Positions 1 to 10,675 of a DNA stretch of 64,000 nt are shown one piece after another (position 1 is the stretch's first letter; every line of letters begins with the position of its first letter). Made by a program: the position numbers and the translations under genes. The notes beneath the pieces were generated by a model. It saw nothing but the letters and a program-made list of their open reading frames with translations, was not told the DNA's origin and ran no database searches. Source of the stretch: Amphiscolops sp. MND2022 (Eukaryota). Location of the stretch: the NCBI GenBank assembly GCA_964187785.1, contig OZ076409.1:72294001-72358000 (forward strand), in the 5' to 3' direction.

Positions 1-789
1 GGTTCGAAATTACTATTAACAATGCTGACATTCGCTATAAATAAGATCGAGGTCAATTTACTAACACTTAGGTTATACATTTATATCTGAGAAACCATTC
101 TTTGTCAGGTCGCAATTTTAAATTTAGTTTGGGAAGCAATACTTTTCACTCTGAAGCAAACCGTTGGGCCCAAATTACTCAAAAACTACAAAAAGACTGT
201 CACCATATGCCCTAATAGCATATGAGATTCGACCGTATGTTTTTAACACAAAAACTCTCATCCGAAGTAAACATGTTGAAAGCCTTGAATCACCGTGAGA
301 AATGATTTCATCAAAAAATATTCCTTTTTCGTCAATCTTTATCTACACAGAACACGTTGTGTCATTTTCAGCCGTGAAATGAGCTTCTACCGTAATATGG
401 GTTGCTCAAGGTGTTGTATAAGACAAAAACTTCCTCTTTTCTACTATCTTCTTCAAATATTTCAACCCTTTGTCACAAGAAGTTAATATTCAAAATCTCT
501 TTGAAATGTTTCTTTAGGTTGGGGTGAAGTGTTAGAACAATAATTATGATCGAAGAATGATAGTATTGGTGTTTGGACCATGTCCGGATGAACAAATTGC
601 AAAATCATGAAAAATTTCTTACCATTTTTGGTCATTTTGTCAGTACTAAAAATGTTAGCTGAAAAAGAATTTTTTTGATGGCACCATTGGATTCCTCTCA
701 AAAAGTTAGCTATATGAGCTGTGTAATAACCCCGTATCTTTTCAATTTAAATAATTTTAAAAAGCAAACTTTTTTGACTAAAATCCTAA

Positions 790-2130
790 AAATCATACCA
801 TTTCCTAAAAAATTTCAAATGCCCCCCATTTGACGTATAAGAATAGCACAGAAAACTATCACATACCGATCGACTCTACTTCCATTGTAGATTACCAGAA
901 TTTTGTTTAGAACAATTTTTGACGGATGCAAAAAAAATTTAAACCCTCCAAAAAAGGGCCAAAATTACACGAAAAAATTGACCTTAAAATTTTAAAATGT
1001 CGAAAAATCATCAAAACCACAGCTTCTTGGGGTTCTATCAACTCCACGTGGTCCACAGAGTATGTTAAAACAAGTTTTACCCGTATTTGAGCAATATGTG
1101 AAAAAGCCGACTTTTTTGGGAATGAAAAACATACCATTTCCTAAAAAATTTCAAACGCACCCCATTTGACGTATAAGAATAGCACAGAAAACTATCACAT
1201 ACCGATCGACTCTACTTCCATTGTAGTTTACCAGAATCTTGTTTAGAACAATTGTTGACGGATGCAAAAAAAAATTAAACCCTCCAAAAATGGGCCAAAA
1301 TTACACGAAAAAATTGACCTTAAATTCTTAAAATGTCAAAAAATCATCAAAACCACAGCTTCTTGGGGTTCTATCAAATCCACGTGGTCCACAGAGTATG
1401 CTAAAACAGGTTTTACCTGTTTCTGAGCTATATATGAAAAAACCGACATTTTGGGGAAGAAAAACATACCATTTCCTAAAAAATTTCAAATGCACGCCAT
1501 TTGCCGTATGAGAATAGCACAGAAAACTATCACATACCGATCAACTCTACTTCTATTGTAGATTATCAGATTTTTGTTTAGAACAAATTTTTATGGATAT
1601 AAAAAATTTTTAAACCCTCCAAAAATGAGCCAAAATAACACGAAAAAATGGACCCTAAATTTTTAAAATGTCAAAAAATTATCCAAACCACAGCTTCTTG
1701 GGGTTCTATCAGCTCCACGTGGTCCACAGAGTATGCTAAAACAGGTTTTGCCCGTTTTTGAGCAATATATGAAAAAGCCGACATTTTTGGGGAAGAAAAA
1801 CATACCATTTCCTAAATAATTTCAAATGCAGGCAATTTGCCGTATGAGAGTAGCACAGAAAACTATCACACACCGATCAACTCTACTTCTTTTGTAGATT
1901 ATCAGAATTATGTTTAGAGTAAAGTTTTATGGATATGAAAAATTTTTATACCCTCCAAAAATGGGCCAAAATGACACGAAAAAATTGACCTCAAATTTTT
2001 AAAATGTCAAAAAATTATCCAAACCACAGCGTCTTGGCGTTCTATCAACTCCAAATGACCTTCAGAGTATACCAAACCAGGTATTGCCAATCTTTTGAGC
2101 AATATTTAAAAACACCGACTATTTGGCAAG
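790..2130. repeat. Internal tandem repeat, ~4 x 336 bp
   Basis: GARTAGCACAGAAAACTATCAC recurs at 841, 1177, 1512 and 1848. Confidence 0.9.
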
Positions 2131-2354
2131 AACACCATAATATGTTCCATATAAGAAGTGAATCATTCCACATATATACCCGGTCTAATATTTCCAACTT
2201 AGCGATAACATTTATACATGATGGTTTTTGAAAGTGAGCTTCATAAGAGGTTGAGATGTAATAATACGTAAATGGACCCTAAGTTTCATTGAAATCTCAA
2301 TGGAATACGTCCAATCAACTTCAATCCTAACTATTATATAACAATAAACACTTG

Positions 2355-2395
2355 AGTACATTCCATCTCCCCATCGGGGGAGATGAGAATGTACT
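2355..2395. other. Long imperfect inverted repeat; type example of the GTACATT internal hairpin
   Basis: AGTACATTC-CATCTCCCC-ATCG-GGGGAGATG-A-GAATGTACT. Homologues at 16388, 19076, 28359, 32450, 37220, 47954 and 52725. Confidence 0.9.
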
Positions 2396-3243
2396 TTTCA
2401 AAAGCCAAAAACTTCGAATTTTAAATCTTTTGTAACATTGTATGTAACTGTTGAAACGATGAACGAATAAAAATGCTTCTAGTACCTTCATCAATTTTTG
2501 CTTCAGCTCCTATTTCTGCAGAACAAAACCAAAAGACACACTTACAGCAGTTAAGTTCGATTGTATAACTCAGTGATATAAAGGTATGACTGAGGAAGTT
2601 CACAAGTTGTTTCAAAAGTTTCCGGCCTTCCAAAATCATGAAACGTCCACACAACCAAGATAGCAAGTGAAAGAATGCTGAATGAACCTTATTAGATGAG
2701 ATAAATAATGTGTGGAACTTGCCATTATCTCAAGATGACGTTGATTTATGATCTTTTAAGGATAGTTCGATATGTGACCACAATAGTGGAAAACTTATTA
2801 CTATTTGAAGAACACCGTGGAAAGCGTTCAGAAAGGACAGTATATTTGTTTCGAGCATGCATGCGTGTGTTCCTTTGGTGACGTTAGCTTAGTGTACATG
2901 ACGGAGGTATTCGAGAGATTATGATAGAGTTTACTCACAAGTCTTTGTTTTTTAAACTTTCTATGCCGTTGAGTACATTCGTAAGGTACATCCATCCCCT
3001 TCTCTGGGAATGTACGTTTGCCAAATGACTGTCATCCAAAATTCGTAATCCGGACGAGTTTAACTACATAAACATGTGATGAGCGTTTTCAATTCACAAC
3101 CGAATAACATTTTTTTCTCGAAAATGATGATGGTTTTGATTTTGATGTCTTCTACTTTTATCATCATGCAAACGACCTTACCATGTCTCTCTTCTGTCGT
3201 CATTTGTACAACGCCACATAGCGTTCCGACGCCCACCGTCTGT

Positions 3244-3263
3244 GGGCATGCCGAGGCATGCCC
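3244..3263. promoter_or_regulatory. Subterminal 20-bp palindrome GGGCATGCCGAGGCATGCCC (p53-response-element-like); 17 copies in the window
   Basis: Copies start at 3244, 4636, 18023, 19318, 28591, 33347, 38110, 40098, 42083, 44090, 48851, 53615, 55607, 57610, 59602, 61587 and 63574. It matches RRRCWWGYYY x2 with no spacer at 19 of 20 positions. The motif is seen directly; its function is inferred. Confidence 0.5.
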
Positions 3264-3320
3264 TTCGACGACGTATGCCAAATGAGCCATACCCGCACTC
3301 TGGAGTGCGGTAGCGGCTAG

Positions 3321-4707
3321 GTGGTTGGGGCGGTCCCCAGAACGCACAAGGAGGCGCGGGGAGGGTCCTGCGCCGACGTAGAATAATTTCATATAATACT
3401 AGTATCCTACATGGGTGTTTTAGAAGCGATTTTGGAATCTAACCGTAGGATTTGGATAATTTTTTGCATGCGGCCATAACTCGAAATTCTAAGAACTTTT
3501 TCCTACTGTCATTTTCACCGCAAATTGTTTTTTGTTGACTTATGGCCAAAAAACCGGAAATAACGTCCTTTTTAGACGTTATATCCGAAGTGTCGTCATA
3601 ACTTTTTTCCAGGGCATGCTAGCGTTCTCGTTCACTTTTACACTTAATTGCAGCATCTCAAAATACAACTGGTGGAAAATTTTGGTTGCATTCGGATCAC
3701 CCCCCACCGAGATAGAAGGGTTCCCCCCTCCAGTTTTACCCCCCAAATTTGCCAAAAAGCCAATTTTGAGCATGAAGCCGAGGGTTTAGCGTACCCGCAC
3801 CCTGTTGATGTTTTGTTGTACGTTTTGAGGTCAATCTGACGACATGTGAGGTTTTCACCCCCAACCCCCCCTGGGACCGGAAATGACACTTTTTTGTGTT
3901 TTTCGGCAGAATTTAGCCTGTTTCATTATTAGGCAGTCGTTTTAGGGACTCGTAGCAGGATATCGAAAGTGAAATACAACCTTATCACAACCCAGTGACA
4001 ACATGTTGGCCACTTGGAGGTATCATCATGACCGGAAGTGGGGTCAACCCCCCTTTTTGTGACCGCTTTTTGACCTTGTGCACCAAAATGCCAACAACTT
4101 GAGGCCTAATGACGCATTCAAATCTGTACAAAGATAGAATGTTAGACAACCGAAGTCCCGGAAGATCTTTAGCATATACCGGAAGTTACCCCCCATGACC
4201 GGAAGTTACCCAATGTGACCGGAAATGGTCCAAAAATTAATGTAAAGTTAATTTTTTCACCATTTCAAGACCACTTCGTTGAACATTTTCATTCCCAAAA
4301 CTAGCGTACTGGCTTGTTTTGCTGAAATTATGGAAATTGATGAGCTCTATCACCCCCGATAGCCTTCGAAGTTGACCTTGCGTCAACTTTGGAGGCTATC
4401 GATTCTGAAAATGAACAACAGAGTTCATTGTTGCTCTCGTTTTTTTCCGTTGTTTTTCCTCAAACATTCTTGAGACATAAAAATGGCCGTTAGTTGAAAT
4501 CAATATTTAGCCCATGTTATAGCTGGAGCAGCGAAGCGTTACACAGACTAGTGTGGTTTTGAAATTACATTATTTGAATTAACAACTGACCGTCTTAGTC
4601 AACTCCACACATTCATACCAACGCCCACCGTCTGTGGGCATGCCGAGGCATGCCCTTCGACGACGTATGACGAATCCACTCCAACGACACCCGCAGTCCT
4701 CAGCTAG
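3321..4707 (+). mobile_element. U2: 1387-bp unit, family C (related to U7)
   Basis: GTGG head with hairpins, CCGGAA cluster, GATAGCC-type hairpin at 4357-4401, palindrome at 4636-4655, CTAG end. Confidence 0.6.
4158..4226 (+). promoter_or_regulatory. Phased CCGGAA(G/A) motif cluster (ETS-like or iteron-like)
   Basis: CCGGAA at 4158, 4179, 4199 and 4219 (20-21-bp spacing). Spacing is retained in U7 at 17564, 17584 and 17604. Function is inferred only. Confidence 0.4.
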
Positions 4708-5783
4708 GTGGTTGGGGCGTTATTCCCCACGAAGTTCGCGGCCGCGGGAGACGGGACCCGCGGACCGCCCATCCAATGCAAAAATATACACTCTAAACAG
4801 CACCATTATAAACACGATCTCGAAAATGAACCGTAGGATTGTCTTGAAATTTTGCATACAGATAGAAGAGAAAATTCTAAGAACTTTTTCCTGCTGGCAC
4901 TTTTCCGAAAAAAATGTCCTTCATGGGTTTTTTCGGGTTTTTTTGGTTTTTTCTCATCTTTCTCATCTTTGATTAATCAATCACCGAATCAAAGGCCATT
5001 TTCAGCATGAAGGAATGCCCGTAGCAGCAAAGTGCACTTTTACAAAAATCATCAACGGTCAACGGTCTTTCGAACGGTCCAAAAAAATTTCCCCCCGGGG
5101 GCATCCAAAGTGCCGAAAAGTGCCAAAATATTTTTTTGGTCTGAATCATTCTGAAGAAATTGTTGATTTGAGCAGCAGGAACGGTCCGCACGGTCTCAAA
5201 TTGTAAGGGCAAAAATTGTCAGCGTTCAATGGCGGTTCCAAAAATATAAGTCAGTCACCTGTAGGAGTTGTAACAAAAAATCGATTTTTGGGTAATATGG
5301 CATGTTGAGTGGTTGGATGAGAAATACCCGTAACATGTTGAGTTTGATTTGATGCAGCAGTGGTTGCAGCTGCAGCAAACGTGAAAATGATAAAAGGGCT
5401 GGGATATATCACATGCACAAAGCAATGTTGCCATGGGGCTTTCCTTGTGCCGCAAAATGCCTCAATGCGATCATTATGTTTTTCCAAATGGGGTCGCAAA
5501 ACTAATTGTCACCGGTGTTCCTAGCGTTGCGCAGCAACTCGCAGGAACAACGGGGCTCTCCGAACGCAAAACGCAAGGCGCCCTTTCGTTGATTTGACGG
5601 CAGTCGCAGTTGATATTTTTTTGAATAAGTGATGAAATGTATCGTTGAATCCCAGAACATGTAACAAAAAAAAGGAAGGTGGAATTTCAACACATTGGTT
5701 TGTTGCTGATTTCACGTAAGCAGCAAACTTAATCAGCAACTCCTCAACTCCTCTCTCGTGGTTTGTTTAGCCTCCAGCGCTAG
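4708..5783 (+). mobile_element. U3: 1076-bp unit, family A short form
   Basis: Apparently identical to U11 (offset 16807). Shares its head and its last ~30 bp with long unit U5. Hairpin at 5512-5553. Confidence 0.65.
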
Positions 5784-6259
5784 GTGGTCAGGGGTGTTAC
5801 CCGTCAAAAATACTGCGAGGCCGGGGAGGGACCCGGGACCGAGCATATTATATAAGGATCAAATTCTACCTCTCCGACACTCGGTCATCTGGAGACGATC
5901 TCGAAAATGAACCGATAGGATTGGCTGAAAATTTGCACACAGATAGAAGAGCCAATTCTAAGAACTTTTTCCTGCTGACGTTTTGCCGGTTTATAAACAT
6001 CTTCATGGTTTTTTTTGGGTTTTTTTGGTTTTTTTAACCTTTTTTATCATTGATTAATCAATCACCGAATCAAAGGCCATTTTCACCATGAAGCAACGCC
6101 GATAGAGGCAAAGTGCATCTCTATGAAAATCATCAACGGTCAACGGTCTTTTGAACGGTCCAAAAAAATTGCCCCCTGGGGGCATCCAAAGTGCCGAAAA
6201 GTGCCAAAATAATTTTTTTGACTGAATCACTTGCATCAAATTGGTGATTTGAGCAGCCG

Positions 6260-7800
6260 GAACGGTCCGCACGGTCTCGGACCATAAGGGTAAAAAGTGT
6301 CAGCATTCAATGATGGTTTCAAAAATACAACTCATTCACCTGTAGGGGTCCTAATAAAAAAGTCGATTTTTTGGGGTGTATCGCTTGATGAGCAATGATG
6401 ACATTTTTTATACAGTACTTTTCATTCAATTACTCAACACGCAGCACCAGTAGCAGCGGAAGTCATATTTATGAAAAAGATTAGGGGGCTAGGGTCTATC
6501 CACGGTACTACCGCAAAGTAGGCCTGGGGCAATGATTGTGCCAAAAAATGCCTTATAGTGAAGAATGATTTTTTGCAAATCAGCTCATTTTTACAAACAT
6601 GTAAATTCCTCGTCAACAACGGTCCGCACGGTCTCCGACAATAAATTCAAAAAATGTCAGTGAGCTATGGTGACATGGAAAATGACATTGGATAAGCTCT
6701 GGGGGTCCTCTGAAAAAATTTGAATTTTTTGAGTCACGGTCCGAGTTCATCTCATACTTTGTATGAACTATTCATAATCATGTTACTCATAACTGAGTAC
6801 AGATAGCACCGTGGGTCATCTTTATGAAAATGAACATTGGCCAGTGGTCTAGCGATTGAGTGCAGAAAATATACCTTAGTGGCCATAGTGAAAGAAAAAA
6901 ATTCCAAGAAGTGGTATTTTCAATTTTTCAAGTCGACTCGGAGTCACAAAATAGTGATTTTCTCTTCAGGAACGGTCCGAACGGTCTCGGACCATAAAGT
7001 CAAATTTCGTCAGTGTATCATGGTGGCGTCCAAAAACCCATCAGAACAAGTGTAGGTAGCTCCTGAACGAATTTCGAATTTTTACGTGGGTCAGAGAGTT
7101 ATGGTGTCACATTGTAACAACATTTCGGGTATGCATATCTCCTGCCAGAGTACAGATAGCATCATGGGTCATCTTTTTGAAAATGAACGTGGGCCACTGG
7201 TCTATCGAATGGTTTTAAAAAATTTTCAATAAGTGCTGCATGGCGTGAATAAAATGCCAAAATGTTGTATTTAGCATTTTTTTGCACGACTCGGACCTAC
7301 AAAAAGCCCATATCTGCTCCACCAACGGTCCGTACGGTCTTCGACCATAAGCTCAAAAAGTGTCAGTGTGCTATGGTGACGCCCAAAAACCCATCAGTAC
7401 ACTGGTAGAGTGCTTCTGAAAAATTTTGGTGTTTTCACGTGAGTCCGAGAGTTATTGAGAGTTTTGTTGTCACATCGTAACTACATTTCGGTTACGTATA
7501 TCTCCTGACAGAGTACAGATAACAACATGGGTCATCTTTTGGAAAGTGAACGTGGGCCACTGGCCTACCGAATGGTGATAAAAAGTTTTCACCAGTTGCT
7601 ATACGGAGTGATGAAAGTGCTTACATGTGTTACATTGCATTTTTTCGAGCGACTCGGACTTACAAAAACCTCATTTGCCCGCCAACAACGGTCTGCACGG
7701 TCTCCGACCATAAGGTCAAAAACTTTTCGTGAGCTATGGTGACGCCCAAAAACCCATCAGTTTAGCTGTAGCATGCTTCTGTAAAAATTTGGACTTTTCG
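6260..7800. repeat. Internal diverged tandem repeat, period 353-363 bp
   Basis: AACGGTCYGHACGGTCT at 6261, 6618, 6971, 7324 and 7687. Confidence 0.88.
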
Positions 7801-9642
7801 TGCTCACAAAGTGAGATTTCGAGTTTTGAAAAACAATTTTTCAACCAAAAAACATGTTTTTCAGTGCGCAAAACCAATTTTTATATCACAATAGTCACAT
7901 AAAATGTTGTTTTGCATAACATGGCACGTGAATAGCATGAGGAAAGTGCCCACTGTGATTTTGGAGTCATTTTCAAAAAATCAGCTGCCATTAGACGTTA
8001 CACAAGAGAAAATGATACTTTACATATCGATACTTTGGTTGAGTGGAAAATAGCTATAGTGCTTTTTCGGTCAATCAAGACTCTTTTTTGTTCACAACCA
8101 AGTGTACAGTTGACGTGAAACACATATTGACCTTCCACAATGGTTATATTGTGATTTTGATTGCCAAAAGCCCAGTTGACAAACAAAAATCCAACCAAAA
8201 ATTTGTTTCCAATTCAATTTTTGAAGTATAGGACCGCCAATTTTTGCCCACAAACATCAACTAACATATTTTCTTCGTCCAATGGCATCGAAAAAACGCA
8301 ACTGGGCATTGACATGACGCTGACACTATCATTCGAGTAGTCATGGGCAACAATATTTACTAATCGAAAGGAAAATTCGTCGAAAATTCATACAACATCA
8401 CTTTTTTGGCGGAGTCGAATTGACAAAATGAAGCTTCATCACCAACTATTGGCTTCTAATGCAACCCACTGGCACTCTAATTTAGGAAAATGATGTTTAC
8501 ATAACTTTCAAGGAAGTTTATCAGAATCTGAGGTACCTAAAAATATCATACTGAATAGACATAATACTTCAAAATTGGCATTTTTCAAGATGTGTCACCA
8601 CTTTTTCGGTATCGGCGGTCCTATTGACACTGGTTTTGGTCGAACACTAAACATGAGTATCAACCAAGGTGGATACCAGACTTGTGAAAACAATACAAGG
8701 ACTTTGGACATGTCAAAAGTAGTGATGAGAAGAGATATTATCCAAAACTTCTTGTTATATGTCATATTCCTTTCCACCATTCTAATCGATGCTTGTCGGT
8801 TAAGGTATTAACGCCCAACAACAAACTCAGTGACAGCAAACAAGTCGAGTACCGTTATAAAAAGTGTTTACAATACCTGTTTCCCCGTTCTTGACACATT
8901 TTCCACCGTGTTCGTTCTTAACATGTAAAAATTTATCGCCTAACACCCAATTTTTGACAGGTCGAAATTTCGATTTTCGTCTTTTGAACACCACTATTGT
9001 GTCTGACGTAACCTGTGGCCTCCAAAACACTCAAAGATAAATGTATGACTGGTATAAAAGGCTTCAGTGGCTTGTAAGCCCCGATAACATGTTTTGCAAA
9101 GAAATATTCAAGTACTAAGTGAAAATTTCGAAGTCACATTGGAACATTAAAAACAGAATACATGAAAAACTTACCTATTTTCCGTCAATTACTATTAATT
9201 TATTATCAGTGTTGCGAATATGAGGTCTATACAGGGGTCTATATGAAAACTGTGGTGCATAAAGCATTCTGTTACACAAAACTTACCATAGCACCAAAAA
9301 AACTTCACTTTATTTTTTCCATTTTATTTGAATAAGTTGATCAACTAAACATCAATCAGCAGTTGAATTAGTAGGGTTATACAATTGTGGATGTGTTTCA
9401 AAGTCTTTGACTTTCCCGTTGTTCCAAACTCCTTTGTTACTGCTGAAAAGAGTCATATGTTTTACAAGCAATGTTCTTTAAAAGACAATTAGCAAAGACC
9501 GAAGCAACTTTACAAAAGGTAAAAAATTCTCAATATGTCTTTCAGTACTCGAATTTGGGTGAATGTATAGATTGGATTTGCATTTTTATAAAGACATTAT
9601 AACTGAATCTAGCATTTTTATAAAGAGCTTAAAAAAAAATTC

Positions 9643-9689
9643 GTGATAGCCTTCCAAGTTGGCCTTCGGCCAACTTGGAAGGCTATCAC
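9643..9689. other. Perfect inverted repeat (22-bp stem, 3-nt loop); type example of the GATAGCC internal hairpin
   Basis: GTGATAGCCTTCCAAGTTGGCC-TTC-GGCCAACTTGGAAGGCTATCAC. Imperfect homologues at 4357, 14383, 17762, 26298, 39726, 41711, 43701, 55232, 57224, 59227, 61213 and 63201. Confidence 0.92.
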
Positions 9690-10675
9690 TACAAACATCA
9701 AAAAACAATAATCCCTCTTCTTCCTGATTAGTCGTGGACAGTATTGTTGAGTCTTCCACTGTGTCTGTATTTGATAACATGTAACAAGGTGACACTTTAA
9801 TTTCGCTAAAGCTTATCATCACTGAATTCAAACACAACATTTTTCTTGGTGTCTGTCAAAAATACCTAAACAAATCTAAACATTCAAACTCTATGAATGC
9901 TTTGTGGTATGTCCAGTCGTTTTACTATGTCCTCCGTTATTGGCTTGAGGAACCCCGCATCCCCTCCACCTGACAATACGTTACATCTTCTGTTGAAAGC
10001 TTTCATTAGTAGCGTCATATTGCCAACAACTTCTAATGGAGTGTCAGCATTCAAAATTATGTAAAGAAAGGTATTATTCATGGTAATCAGATTGTGAAAA
10101 AAAACTTACCAAAAACAAATGAAAAAAAGTTCTGCGGCATACATAACACAAAAAGTCTTTTGAAAAGTTTTACAATGCTACTTTTTTAAAGTTTCTCATC
10201 GTTTGTTGTTTAATTTCTGAAGGGTAAGTCAAAATTTCACCTCTTCTCGTATCTCATCCCATTAGAACGGGGTACTATGGGCTGTTTTTATTGAATACTA
10301 ACCAACTCAGTGGCCATCACTTTGTATCCTAACATTACCAAGGATTTGAAGAAATCGCTCTGCATTAGTGACAAATTCATTTGTAGGAAAGTTTCATCGT
10401 CACTGATGTTATAGCAGTGGTGTTTCGAGGTTTGCATCACCTTGCATGATCAACGGAGTCTGCTTCAACGGAAGGCTCAAAATACATTATCGTGGTTTCA
10501 ACGGCATTCATTGTTGTTAATTCTGTGGCATGCTGGTGATGAATTTTATAGTTGATTCCATGACAAATTCAACAAAAACAGGTAGCTGTTTTTTTGTGTC
10601 ATACTTCAAAAACAAACTTTCAACCGGTTTGTTTAGGCCTCTACCTAGCAGTGCTCTAAATTGCCCCATCGCTAG

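Larger units (their letters stand above)
1..3320 (+). mobile_element. U1: non-autonomous Helitron-like unit, family B long form (5' part outside window)
   Basis: Near-identical to 34866-38186. Internal hairpin at 2355-2395. Ends in hairpin CCGCACTC-TG-GAGTGCGG, then TAGCGG, then CTAG. Confidence 0.65.
5784..10675 (+). mobile_element. U4: 4892-bp unit, family A long form
   Basis: GTGG head, ~355-bp sub-repeats, perfect 22-bp-stem hairpin at 9643-9689. Its 3' end is shared with short unit U9. Confidence 0.6.

Noticed and set aside
3317..3326. AG|GT junction as a splice donor or spliced-leader RNA gene repeat
   Set aside because: The downstream bases (GTGGTT/GTGGGC) do not fit GTRAGT, the upstream sequence is not a constant leader, and no consistent Sm site is evident.
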